Assembly: GCA_027492205.1 (NCBI GenBank)
Contig: JAOZFN010000017.1
Span: 1 to 64,000 of the forward strand
Direction of reading: 5' to 3'
Source of the DNA: Thermoproteota archaeon
GTDB taxonomy: Archaea > Korarchaeota > Korarchaeia > Korarchaeales > Korarchaeaceae
DNA length: 64,000 bases
Positions within the stretch are counted from its first letter, which is position 1, and the number at the start of each line of letters is the position of its first letter. Under the pieces are notes generated by a model that was not told the DNA's origin, made no database searches, and was given only the letters and a program-made list of their open reading frames with translations. The position numbers and the translations under genes are program-made. Positions 8,890 through 18,110 of this stretch are shown here, piece by piece.

Positions 8890-10584
8890 ATGTCGAGAAG
8901 GGCCGCGGCGCTTGTGCTGCTGGTTGCGGCCGCCGCCCCCTCCCTGTCGGTGGCCGCGGAGGACCTATCCTATCGGATCGCCCGGGAGTGGATCGTCCTG
9001 CAGATCGAGCGGGACGGGACGATCCTGCTCTCCTACAACCTGACCGTGGCCGTGGACTCTGGAGCGATCAGGCGCTTCGTCAGGGTCGGCATGCCCGTCG
9101 GGAGCTTCGAGGTGCTGGAGGCCCGGGAGCTGGAGACGGGGTTGGACGTGGGCTACGACGAGATCAGGGAGGGAGACTACTACGCCGTGGAGCTCCACCC
9201 CAGCGGCCCAATAGAGGCCGGGCAGTCGAGGACCTTCACGTTCACCGCGCTGGTCGAGGACTTCGTCAATCCCGACGAGACCAACCCGGGTAACGTGGGG
9301 GTGCAGTTCACCCCCTCCTGGTTTGACGACGCGCCGGTGGAGGACCTCAGGCTCCTGGTGGTGCTTCCCGAGGGCGTGGATCCGTCGGAGGTCAGGAACA
9401 ACCCGGACTACGACAACCTGATGAACCTAGACGGGAGGGTCGCCCTCTACTGGGAGAGACGCAACCTGTACCCGGGGGAGCGGTTCGAGGTCGGGGTCAG
9501 CTTCCCATCGCAGTACGTGGGGCATTACGTGGAGGCGCCGGGCTCCAGGGGGATACTCTACAGGATCGGCCAGATCCTGGGCGTCCTGGTCATGCTGGCC
9601 CCGTTCGCGCTCGTCGCGGCGTACGTCCTCTACACGCGGACCAAGAAGTATCTGGGAGAGTATGAGCCCCCGTGGATTGGGATCGAGGCCTTGGGCCCGC
9701 AGAAGCAGCTGAACCCACCCGAGGCCGCCTACCTGATGCTCCTGGAGTCTGGCGGGAGGGAGTTCTCCAGGGTGATAACGGTGGCGCTGGTAGAGGGGCT
9801 CAAGTTGGGCGTCCTTGAGCTTGAGAGCCTGAGACCTCTGAGGCTGAGGGTGAGGGACGACGGGGGCCCTCTGAAGTACTACCTGAGGAGGCTCGTCCGC
9901 TGCGTCCAGGACGACGGGTCCCTGGACGGGGACTGCCTCGCGAGGCTGATCAAGGCCGTACACAGGGCCACCTACCGCAAGCTGTCCGGCTTCTCTAGGA
10001 AGGAGACTGTGGACTTCTACCGCAAGAAGATCGCGGAGGGTTGGAGGGAGCTCCAATCTGCACCTCCCGAGAAGAAGAGGGAGGTCCTGGACGAGTGGAT
10101 CGAGTGGCTCATGATCGACGAGAACTTCTTCGAGAGGCTCAGGGAGGCCATGAGGGCCCCCGAACCGGCTCAGGTCGTTCTGCCGAGCGACTGGTGGATG
10201 TACAGGATCTGGCGGTGGACGTGGCCCGGCTGGGACGGGCACGTCGTCGTGACAAGGCCGGCCCCCGGCGCTCCCCGAGTCGAGCCCGTGATGGAGCCCA
10301 GGACCGTCACCAGGATTGAGCGGAGGGCAGAGGGGCCGGTCGTCTCCCTGGAGAAGGCCGCCGACGAGGTGGCCAGGGGGGTCGAGTCAGTCTTCGACTC
10401 CGTGGCGGACAGCGCGGAGGGACTGGCGGACAGGGTGGCCAGGCTCATAGCGCCGGAGCGGACCAGGCCGAGGAGCAGGACCAGATCCGCCGTGAGTTCC
10501 TGCGTCTGCGCCTGCGTGTCCTGTGCGTGCGCCTGCGCCTGCGTCTCCTGCGCCTGCGCATGCGCCGGAGGGGGTGCTGGCTGA
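8890..10584 (+). CDS. DUF2207-like membrane protein with C-terminal poly-Cys tail (candidate radical-SAM substrate)
   Basis: Signal peptide, beta-rich ectodomain (LQIERDGT...LLVVLPEG...FEVGVSFP), one TM helix, LNPPEAAYL, ends CVCACVSCACACACVSCACACAGGGAG. Confidence 0.75.
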   Translation: MSRRAAALVLLVAAAAPSLSVAAEDLSYRIAREWIVLQIERDGTILLSYNLTVAVDSGAIRRFVRVGMPVGSFEVLEARELETGLDVGYDEIREGDYYAVELHPSGPIEAGQSRTFTFTALVEDFVNPDETNPGNVGVQFTPSWFDDAPVEDLRLLVVLPEGVDPSEVRNNPDYDNLMNLDGRVALYWERRNLYPGERFEVGVSFPSQYVGHYVEAPGSRGILYRIGQILGVLVMLAPFALVAAYVLYTRTKKYLGEYEPPWIGIEALGPQKQLNPPEAAYLMLLESGGREFSRVITVALVEGLKLGVLELESLRPLRLRVRDDGGPLKYYLRRLVRCVQDDGSLDGDCLARLIKAVHRATYRKLSGFSRKETVDFYRKKIAEGWRELQSAPPEKKREVLDEWIEWLMIDENFFERLREAMRAPEPAQVVLPSDWWMYRIWRWTWPGWDGHVVVTRPAPGAPRVEPVMEPRTVTRIERRAEGPVVSLEKAADEVARGVESVFDSVADSAEGLADRVARLIAPERTRPRSRTRSAVSSCVCACVSCACACACVSCACACAGGGAG

Positions 10585-11921
10585 TGAGAGTCGGGGTAGG
10601 GAGAGATCCCAAGAGGAGCGCGCGCATGCTCGGCTTCGTGTACAGGGGCCAGAAGGTCCACCTGAGGGTCGATCCGTCCGGCGTCGGCGTGCTGGTGGTG
10701 GCCGCCAGGAGGTCCGCATACCTCAACAGGTCAGGGACGCTGTTCGCCCAGTCATTCCTGAGCGGGGAGCCGCCGGAGACCGCGGTGGGTAGGGCCGTGA
10801 GGGCATTCAAGGGACTCACGAGGGAGAGGGCAGAGAGGGACTACAGAGACTTCGTCAGGAGGCTCAAGGCCTTCCTAGACGCCGAGGAGGTCTGCCCCGT
10901 CACCGACCTCGGGTTCGCGAGGGTCGACCCCCTCTCGGTCAGGACCTCGGCGCCCTTCAGGATGGACCTCGCCCTCACCTACAGGTGCAACAACAGGTGC
11001 GTGCACTGCTACAGCGGGTCTCCCGAGCCAAAGCCCGAGATGAGCACAGAAGAGTGGAAGGAAGTCCTGCGGAGGCTGGAGAACCTTGGTGTACCCAACG
11101 TGGTCTTCACCGGGGGAGAGCCAACCCTGAGGGACGACCTGGTGGAGCTGGTGGCGGAGGCCCAGCGGCTGGGCCTGGTCGCCGGGCTGGTGACCAACGG
11201 CAGGAGGCTGGCGGACAGGTCCTTCGCTGAGGCCCTAGTGAGAGCCGGGCTGGACTACGTCCAGGTCACGCTTGAGTCCCACAGGCCGGAGGTCCACGAA
11301 AGGATAACTCGGGCCCCTGGGAGCTGGAGCGAGACGGTAGAGGGTATCAGGAACATCGCTGACCTCGGGATATACGTGGACGTCAACGCCACCCTCAGCA
11401 GGCTGAACGTGGGCGACGTCGTCGGGCTCGTCGAGCTGGCCCACGAACTCGGGGCCGACGCAGTTTCCGCGAACCGCCTCATATACAGCGGTCGGGGCCT
11501 TGAGGTCAGGGAGTGGTTCGAGCCCTCGCCGGGGGAGACGCTGGTTGCCCTGGAGGAGATGGCGGACGCCGCGGCCGAGAGGGATCTGGAGTTCAGGTGG
11601 TACGGCGTCACTAGGTACTGCGAGCTGAACCCGCTGGAGCATCAGCTCGGGGTGAAGTTCTGCTCGGCCTGCTCGATAACCATGGCCGTCGAGCCCGACG
11701 GTACCGTGATACCCTGCCAGAGCTACTACGAGCCCCTCGGCCACATCCTCAGGGACGACTGGGGCTCCATATGGGATCACTCGCTCTGCGAGGGGATAAG
11801 GTCGAGGAGCTTCGCTGGACCCGCGTGCAGGTCCTGCCCGTTCTTCAGCGCGTGCGGGGGAGGCTGCCCCCTGGAGGCCAGGGTCAGGCCCTACCCCGAG
11901 TCTCCGCCGGAGGTAGCCTGA
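10584..11921 (+). CDS. Radical SAM/SPASM enzyme with N-terminal PqqD/RRE-like domain
   Basis: CNNRCVHC, FTGGEPTLR and VTNG; SPASM CSAC...PDGTVIPC...CRSC...CGGGCP; N-terminal LNRSG...AERDYRDFVRRL; TGATG overlap with the upstream gene. Confidence 0.9.
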   Translation: MRVGVGRDPKRSARMLGFVYRGQKVHLRVDPSGVGVLVVAARRSAYLNRSGTLFAQSFLSGEPPETAVGRAVRAFKGLTRERAERDYRDFVRRLKAFLDAEEVCPVTDLGFARVDPLSVRTSAPFRMDLALTYRCNNRCVHCYSGSPEPKPEMSTEEWKEVLRRLENLGVPNVVFTGGEPTLRDDLVELVAEAQRLGLVAGLVTNGRRLADRSFAEALVRAGLDYVQVTLESHRPEVHERITRAPGSWSETVEGIRNIADLGIYVDVNATLSRLNVGDVVGLVELAHELGADAVSANRLIYSGRGLEVREWFEPSPGETLVALEEMADAAAERDLEFRWYGVTRYCELNPLEHQLGVKFCSACSITMAVEPDGTVIPCQSYYEPLGHILRDDWGSIWDHSLCEGIRSRSFAGPACRSCPFFSACGGGCPLEARVRPYPESPPEVA

Positions 11922-11995
11922 GCCTCGGACGCCGCGGCGGAGCGGGGAATACGTCAAACCGTCGGGTGATCTCACAGCCCAGCCTCCCGCCCCCA

Positions 11996-12405
11996 TCAGG
12001 GTGTGAACTCGGCCACGTGCCTCACCACTCCCAGGCTCGACGCCTTTCTGATGAGCCTCTCGTCGGCCGTGTACAGGACGGTCTCGTTTATCAGGGCGAG
12101 CGCCACGTAAGAGGCGCCGTATATTGTCAGACCCTTTCTCATGGCGATCTCTACGGTCCTCTCCGCATATCTCCCCGCGAGGTCATGCAGGGTGAACTGA
12201 TAGCCCTAGATGACCGAGGAGACCTCCCTCAGCTCATCCTCCCAAAGCGCCCGGAGTACTTCAGGGCGTTGAGGACCTCCATTGGCAGGAGATACGGGGC
12301 GAGGAGGTCTACTAGGCCGTCGACGTAGGCGTCCCTGAGCCTGAGGGGCTCTCCCGTGTACTCCTCCCTAACGAACCACTTCACCACCACGGAGGCGTCT
12401 ACCAC
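11996..12405 (-). pseudogene. vapC: Inactivated VapC/PIN toxin
   Basis: VVDASVVVKWF...EVLNALKY, then a frameshift near 12242, in-frame TAG at 12206-12208, and continuation IYGASYVALA...LYTADERL to TGA at 11996. Confidence 0.8.
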
Positions 12406-12686
12406 CGCCTCGCCTCTCTCCAGCGCCTTATCTCCTCCACCCCGCTCCAAACGGGCACCTCCCTGCGGAGCGCGTCGGTACGAATGGCGGCCGCCCGCAT
12501 GGCGGACCTGTCCTTCCGGCGCATCATCGCCTCCTCCCGCCTGACGACCTCTTCTATGGCCCTCCTCACCACGGCGCTCCAGTTGACGTGCCTCAACCTG
12601 TCCATCCTCTCCTTGAGCCTTCTATCAACCCTGAAGCTGATTACGACGCTCAATTCCCTCGCCACATTGTATACACCTCTCGTCAT
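12399..12686 (-). CDS. vapB: VapB-type ribbon-helix-helix antitoxin
   Basis: VVISFRVDRRLKERM...VNWSAVVRRAIEE...VEEIRRWRE; overlaps the PIN gene; true start may be slightly downstream. Confidence 0.8.
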   Translation of the reverse strand: MTRGVYNVARELSVVISFRVDRRLKERMDRLRHVNWSAVVRRAIEEVVRREEAMMRRKDRSAMRAAAIRTDALRREVPVWSGVEEIRRWREARRW

Positions 12687-12714
12687 AATTGTTTACAGGT
12701 ACGTGGCGCTCTGG

Positions 12715-13005
12715 GGCCAACGGGATGGGTATGGAGTCGAGTGAGCGCTAGGGGATGGTGGAAGCGGCGTTTTCACCACAACGGTGGGGACTGAATCGAT
12801 CCGGGCCCCGGGAACCCGCTATGCGGGCTCGTGGATCGCTGCGGGATCCGCCACAACAGCATGGGTGAGGCCCCGGAACTCGGGAGAATCGGGGAGCACG
12901 GCCATCTGCAGGAACGCCTTTCCGCCGTACGCGCGGAGTACGCGGTTCTGAACTCCCTCGCGGCCCTCAACTCTGTCGAGAGCGGGGCCTACCCGAGCGC
13001 GGGCC
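12715..13005 (+). pseudogene. Decayed internal fragment paralogous to the beta-helix gene at 16284
   Basis: FHHNGGD*IDPG, LVDRCGIRHN and EYAVLNSLAALNSVESGAY match VHHNGGDGIDLG, LVKRCRVHHN and EYRVLRTLVAFNSVESRAY of 16284..18056. Confidence 0.7.
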
Positions 13006-13039
13006 ATATAAGGATCCTCGCCCCGGCTATCGAGCGAGG

Positions 13040-14395
13040 TTGAAGGGGCCAGTAAGGATCACTTACGACAGGGGGACCGTGCTCGTCTGGGGGGCAAGGT
13101 CGGCCCCCTACTGCGCCTGGGATCCGAGGGTCGGGGCCCTGAGGGCCATGGCCCACAGGTACAGGGAGGTCAGGGAGGCGCTCCCTCACGCCGTGGACGA
13201 GGTGATGGATCCCCTCCCGGTGCCGCCGCTAAGGTCGGACATCAGGCTGAAGCCGTTCCAGAGGGAGGCGCTCGACGCCTGGATGGAGAGGCGGAGGGGG
13301 ATAGTCGTCCTCCCCACAGGGGCGGGGAAGACCTTCGTGGCCCTGAAGGCGGTGGAGGAGTTGAGCGTCTCCACGCTGGTGGTGGTTCCAACGCTCCCGC
13401 TCCTCACCCAGTGGGCCGAGAGGATCTCGGAGGCATTTGGCGTGGAGGTTGGCGTGGTCGGCGGCGGCAGGTCGGAGCTGAGGGGCATAACCGTCATCAC
13501 GTACGACTCGGCCTACCTCAGGGCCCCGGAGATAGGGAACAGGTTCCTCCTCGCGGTGTTCGACGAGGTCCACCACCTGGCGGCCGAGGGATACATCGAG
13601 ATAGCGGAGAGCCTGGCCTCCCCCTACAGGATGGGCCTGACGGCCACCCTTGAGAGGGAGGACGGGAGGCACGTCCACCTGCTGACCCGCGTGGGAGGGG
13701 TGGTCTACAGGCTCGGCCCCAGGGAGCTTGCCGGAGAGCACCTCGCGGAATTCGACACCGTGAGGGTGAGGGTGAGGCTGACCGAGGACGAGAGGAGGGA
13801 GTACGAGAGGCTGATCTCCGAGTACAGGGAAGGCCTGAGGAGGGCGGGGCTGAGCGTCGGCTCCCTCGAGGACTTCAGGAGGCTGGTGATGAGGAGCGGG
13901 TCCAGCATGGCGGCAAGGAGAGCCCTCATCAGCTGGAATAGGGCGAGGAAGCTCGCGATAAACGCCAAGAGGAAGCTTGAGGTCCTGGAGGAGTTGCTGG
14001 AGAGCCACAGGGACGACAAGGTGATCATATTCACGGAGTACAACGAGATGGCCGAGGAGGTCAGCAGGAGGTTCCTGATTCCTCTGATAACCCACCGGAC
14101 AAGTCAGAGGGAGAGACAGGAGATACTATCCGCCTTCAGGACGGGAGGGTTGACCAAGGTGGTCACGTCCAAGGTGCTGGACGAGGGCGTGGACGTCCCC
14201 GACGCGAGGGTGGGCATCATACTCGGCGGCACCGGGAGCAGGAGGGAGTTCATCCAGAGGCTCGGGAGGATACTGAGGAAGAGGGAGGGCAAGAGGGCGG
14301 TCCTGTACGAGGTCGTAACCGCGGGCACCTCGGAAGTCAGGGCCTCCGCCAGGAGGAGGAGGGCCCTGGACCCCGGAGGTCAGGGAGGCGGCTAG
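13040..14395 (+). CDS. xpb: XPB/Rad25-like SF2 DNA helicase
   Basis: LPTGAGKT, DEVHH, GLTATLERED, VLDEGVDVPDA, QRLGRILR. Confidence 0.9.
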   Translation: MKGPVRITYDRGTVLVWGARSAPYCAWDPRVGALRAMAHRYREVREALPHAVDEVMDPLPVPPLRSDIRLKPFQREALDAWMERRRGIVVLPTGAGKTFVALKAVEELSVSTLVVVPTLPLLTQWAERISEAFGVEVGVVGGGRSELRGITVITYDSAYLRAPEIGNRFLLAVFDEVHHLAAEGYIEIAESLASPYRMGLTATLEREDGRHVHLLTRVGGVVYRLGPRELAGEHLAEFDTVRVRVRLTEDERREYERLISEYREGLRRAGLSVGSLEDFRRLVMRSGSSMAARRALISWNRARKLAINAKRKLEVLEELLESHRDDKVIIFTEYNEMAEEVSRRFLIPLITHRTSQRERQEILSAFRTGGLTKVVTSKVLDEGVDVPDARVGIILGGTGSRREFIQRLGRILRKREGKRAVLYEVVTAGTSEVRASARRRRALDPGGQGGG

Positions 14396-15975
14396 TGGGG
14401 GGTGGTGCCTTGCTCCCGTCTCAGCTGCTGAGGGCGAGGAGGTTCCGGGACAGGCTCACGCTGCGATGGGCCACCGGCGGGGGGGAGGAGCTGGCCCTCG
14501 CCAAGGAGCTGATATCCCAGTTCAGGCCAGGCCGCAGCCTGGCCGAGGTACACTCCGCCGTGGAGGAGATCGAGGAGGCCTACGGGGCCGCCGGGATAGA
14601 CTTCAAGCTGGTCAGGGGCCTCGCCCTGATCCTGGAGAGGAGGTGCTCCTTCGAGAGGCCCGAGACGAGGGTGAGCCCGGAGAGGGCGAGGCTCGCTGTC
14701 TACAGGGTCGTTAACAGGAGGTTCCACGGGTTCGCCTCCGGGGCCCAGAGGGAGGAGGCGCTGAGGCTCGCTGCAGACGAGCTGGGCGTGACGGTCGAGG
14801 AGCTCGAGGAGGCCTTGTGGGCCGACTCGGACGAGGCCCTCAGGCTCGCTGAAGCCGAACTGCCTGACCCGGAGGGCCTGCTCAGGGAGTACAACCTCTC
14901 CCTCCTCCAGACCGCACTCTTCAGGAGCGTGAGACTCACGGTAGAGACGGGATCGCCGGGCTGGCAGGTCAAGCGCCTGCTGAGGGCGGTCAAGGCCCTG
15001 GGCCTCATGTACACGGCGTCGAGGGTGGGAGGGGCCCTGAGGCTCGACGTCGACGGACCCGCCACGGTCCTCAAGATGACGACGCGATACGGAACGGCCC
15101 TGGCCAGGCTGGTGCCGAGGGTGGTCTCCATGGACGACTGGAGGATGTTCGCGTGGGTGGTCAGGGGGTCCGGGTCCTGGGAGGGGAGGCTGTCCCTGAG
15201 GCTCGAGGTGGACTCCTCCCATCGGAACCTATTCCCGGTCGCACGGGAGCCGGGGTGGGAGGTCGAGTACGACAGCTCGCTGGAGAGGGACTTCGCGATC
15301 GCCTGCTCCCTCGACGGGTGGAGGGTCGAGAGGGAGCCCGAGCCGCTCCTGGCTGGGAGGTCCGTCCTCATCCCCGACTTCCTCATACAGAAGGGGCCGG
15401 TCAGGGTTTACGTGGAGGTCATGGGGTTCTGGACGCCCCAGTACATCAGGAGGAAGCTAGAGAAGCTCAAGGAGGTTGAGAGACCCGTTCTGGTTGTCGT
15501 CAAGAGGGACCTGGCGTGCGCCCCCGTGGAGGAGGTCGCCCGGGACGTCCTCTACTTCGAGGGGAGGGGGGACGTGAAGCCCCTCCTCGAGAGGCTCAGG
15601 GAGATAGAGGAGAGGGAGTGGAATAGGGTGGTCTCCTCTGGGGGTCTGAGTGGCCGCCTCAGACCGGAGGGAGACCTGGTTAGCCTGAGGGACCTCGCCG
15701 AGGGGCACGGCCTGACGCCGGAGCAGGCTCTTGAGATTGCGGATCTCAGGGGTTATCGGGTCGTGGGGGATCACCTCATCTCCGAGAACCTCCTCTCGAG
15801 GGCCGCCGAGATTCTCCTCAGCCGGAGGCCGGGCACCGTCGGGCAGGCGAGGGCCGCTCTGGAGGAGATTGGGGTCGCGGGGGAGCTGGCCGCCCCCGTG
15901 ATAGAGGCGGTCGGGCTGAAGGTCAGGTGGAGGTCCCTGGAGGAGGACGACGCCGAGGTGGTGTACCCGCCCTAG
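14395..15975 (+). CDS. bax1: DUF790 / Bax1 endonuclease
   Basis: YNLSLLQT, DGPATV...TRYG, YDSSLE...REPEPL...IPDF...VEVMGFWTPQY; adjacent to xpb. Confidence 0.85.
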   Translation: MGGGALLPSQLLRARRFRDRLTLRWATGGGEELALAKELISQFRPGRSLAEVHSAVEEIEEAYGAAGIDFKLVRGLALILERRCSFERPETRVSPERARLAVYRVVNRRFHGFASGAQREEALRLAADELGVTVEELEEALWADSDEALRLAEAELPDPEGLLREYNLSLLQTALFRSVRLTVETGSPGWQVKRLLRAVKALGLMYTASRVGGALRLDVDGPATVLKMTTRYGTALARLVPRVVSMDDWRMFAWVVRGSGSWEGRLSLRLEVDSSHRNLFPVAREPGWEVEYDSSLERDFAIACSLDGWRVEREPEPLLAGRSVLIPDFLIQKGPVRVYVEVMGFWTPQYIRRKLEKLKEVERPVLVVVKRDLACAPVEEVARDVLYFEGRGDVKPLLERLREIEEREWNRVVSSGGLSGRLRPEGDLVSLRDLAEGHGLTPEQALEIADLRGYRVVGDHLISENLLSRAAEILLSRRPGTVGQARAALEEIGVAGELAAPVIEAVGLKVRWRSLEEDDAEVVYPP

Positions 15976-16283
15976 GATGGCGCGGCGTCCCCGAACCCTA
16001 GGCCCTCTCCAGGGACGAGATCGGTTTGCCCGCGTGAGCGCGGCCGCGTCTGGGCCCGTCCTCACAGGGCGGTCGGCCTGGGCCGCAAGGGGGGGCTGAT
16101 CAGGTGCCGGTCCGTGCGAGCCGAGTAAGCACGGTCAGTCCGGGTGGGATCGGGAGAGGACACCCATCGGCAACAGTCAACGGTGTGCGTGGTGTGCCCC
16201 CGGCGGACGGGCCTTCGTAGGAGACCACGCGTGGGCCCGAACGCCTGCCATGGTTTAAATTAAGCAGACCTCCCCAGGAGGTA

Positions 16284-18056
16284 ATGGAGAGGTCTCCCAT
16301 CTTGGCGGCCGCGCTGGCGGCCCTCCTCCTGGCACCCCACGCCGCGGCGGCGGGGGGACAGGGTCGCGTGTACCACGTGTCCCCGGGTGGGAGCGACTCC
16401 AACCCGGGGACCGAGTCCAGGCCCTGGGCCACGATCTCACGCGGGGTCGCCGCGCTGGGGCCCGGGGACAGGCTGGTCATCCACGGGGGGACCTACCACG
16501 AGGTCGTCGACATCAACGTCTCGGGAACCCCGGACGCCCCGATAGAGATAGTGGGGGCCGAGGGAGAGCTTGTGACGGTGGACCAGTCGGGGTTCGGCTC
16601 CAGCGGGGTCATCTTCAGGCCGGGCGTGTCCTACGTCAGGTTCGGGAACCTCAGGCTCGTGGGGGCCGACGTGTGGGCCGTCTCGCTGGAGGGGAACAAC
16701 AGCCACATAGAGCTCTTCAGGCTGGACGTCTCCGGCGCCGAGGTGGGGATCCACATGACCGTCGGCGAGAGCGGCCAGTGGCCGACCCACGGGCCCGTGG
16801 ACAACGTGACCATAGAGGAGAGCGCCATACACGACAACCTCTACGGGGGGATCGACTGCACTCCCGGACCCTGCAGCGACGTCAGGATAAGTTGGTGTTC
16901 CGTCTTCAACAACGGGGCGGAGGGGGACTTCGGGGGAGACGGGATCTCGGCCGAGAGCGGGTTGAGGTGGGGGATCTTCGGCAGCAACGTTCACCACAAC
17001 GGCGGGGACGGGATAGACCTGGGCTCCAGGACCAGCCTTTACGGGTTCCCGTACTCCCTCGGCCTCTACCTTGTCAAGAGGTGCAGGGTGCACCACAACG
17101 GGATGGAGGGGGTGAAGCTTTGGAAGAAGGGCGACGTCGACACCAGCGAGGTCTACAGGAACGGGCTCACCGGGATAGACTTCATCTACGAGGGGGAGTA
17201 CAGGGTCCTCAGAACGCTGGTGGCTTTCAACTCCGTCGAGAGCAGGGCCTACTCCCTCTCGGCAGGTTACCCGGAGCCAGAGCCCCTGGCCCCCCAGAGC
17301 GGGATCAGTCTGACGATATACAACTCGATATTCGCCTTCAACGGTCCGAGGGAAGCTCCGGTGGGGATATATGTTGGAGAGGGCGTGGTGGAGTTCGTGG
17401 AGGACTACAACATATGGTACAGCAGGAGCGACTCGGAGATCTGGCTCGAGGGTGAGCAGAGGGACGTGACGTGGGACGACATCACGTCGGGCGCCTGGAC
17501 CAGGGAGAGCGGCCAGGGTGGGCACGACATAGTCGCTGACCCCATGTTCGTGGATCCAGAGTCCGACGACTTCCACCTTAGGGAGGGGAGCCCGGCCATC
17601 GACGCGGGATTCAGTGAGTGGGCCCCTAGGTTGGACATAGAGTGGGGGGAGAGGGTTGGCGCGCCGGACATAGGCCCCCACGAGTTCGGGTCCATCCCCA
17701 CCGGAAGGCCGGGCGCGCCGGATGACGTGCTGGCTTGGGCTGGAGCGCCCCAGCCAAGCGCGTCGCCCTCGACGGCTCCTCCGACTCAGCCTCAGGCCAC
17801 CGAGGGTCCAACACCCGCCCCCCGGGGCGCCGGAGGGGAGGGGGGTGGAAGGGCCCCGCTGCTGGGGCTTGCCGTGGTCCTCGTGGCAGCGGTCGGAGTC
17901 GCCCTGGCGGCCTCCGCCAGGCGAGGGCCTGGCCGGCCGGGGGCTCGAATATCCTCCGAGAGGGAGAAGAAGTTGGCTCTACTTGAGGAGAGGTACAGGT
18001 CCGGCGAGATATCGAGGGAGACATACGAGGAGCTGAGGAGGAAGTACGGTGGATAG
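16284..18056 (+). CDS. Secreted right-handed parallel beta-helix protein with C-terminal TM anchor and SHOCT domain
   Basis: YHVSPGGSDSNPGT...PWATI...PGD...GGTY; HHNG repeats; DPMFVDP...DFHLREGSPAIDAG; TM helix; LEERYRSGEISRETYEELR. Confidence 0.85.
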   Translation: MERSPILAAALAALLLAPHAAAAGGQGRVYHVSPGGSDSNPGTESRPWATISRGVAALGPGDRLVIHGGTYHEVVDINVSGTPDAPIEIVGAEGELVTVDQSGFGSSGVIFRPGVSYVRFGNLRLVGADVWAVSLEGNNSHIELFRLDVSGAEVGIHMTVGESGQWPTHGPVDNVTIEESAIHDNLYGGIDCTPGPCSDVRISWCSVFNNGAEGDFGGDGISAESGLRWGIFGSNVHHNGGDGIDLGSRTSLYGFPYSLGLYLVKRCRVHHNGMEGVKLWKKGDVDTSEVYRNGLTGIDFIYEGEYRVLRTLVAFNSVESRAYSLSAGYPEPEPLAPQSGISLTIYNSIFAFNGPREAPVGIYVGEGVVEFVEDYNIWYSRSDSEIWLEGEQRDVTWDDITSGAWTRESGQGGHDIVADPMFVDPESDDFHLREGSPAIDAGFSEWAPRLDIEWGERVGAPDIGPHEFGSIPTGRPGAPDDVLAWAGAPQPSASPSTAPPTQPQATEGPTPAPRGAGGEGGGRAPLLGLAVVLVAAVGVALAASARRGPGRPGARISSEREKKLALLEERYRSGEISRETYEELRRKYGG

Positions 18057-18110
18057 AGCTCCGAGTGAACCACTCAAGCTTTTGTGCTCTCGGCTCCTGG
18101 CGGACGAGGG

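Noticed and set aside
10501-10563. TGCGCC microsatellite as a non-coding repeat or slippage artefact
   Set aside because: Synonymous codon variation (TGC/TGT, GCC/GCG/GCA, GTC/GTG) indicates selection on the Cys-rich peptide.
12206-12208. In-frame TAG as pyrrolysine or readthrough
   Set aside because: The same gene has a frameshift and a catalytic substitution; no pyl genes in the window.
13040-15975. Helicase-nuclease pair as a novel defence system
   Set aside because: Matches the known archaeal XPB-Bax1 repair pair.
16187-16239. HDV-like or pistol ribozyme
   Set aside because: Pseudoknot order is suggestive, but the P3/P1.1 and conserved core residues do not fit; kept only as a low-interest structured region.
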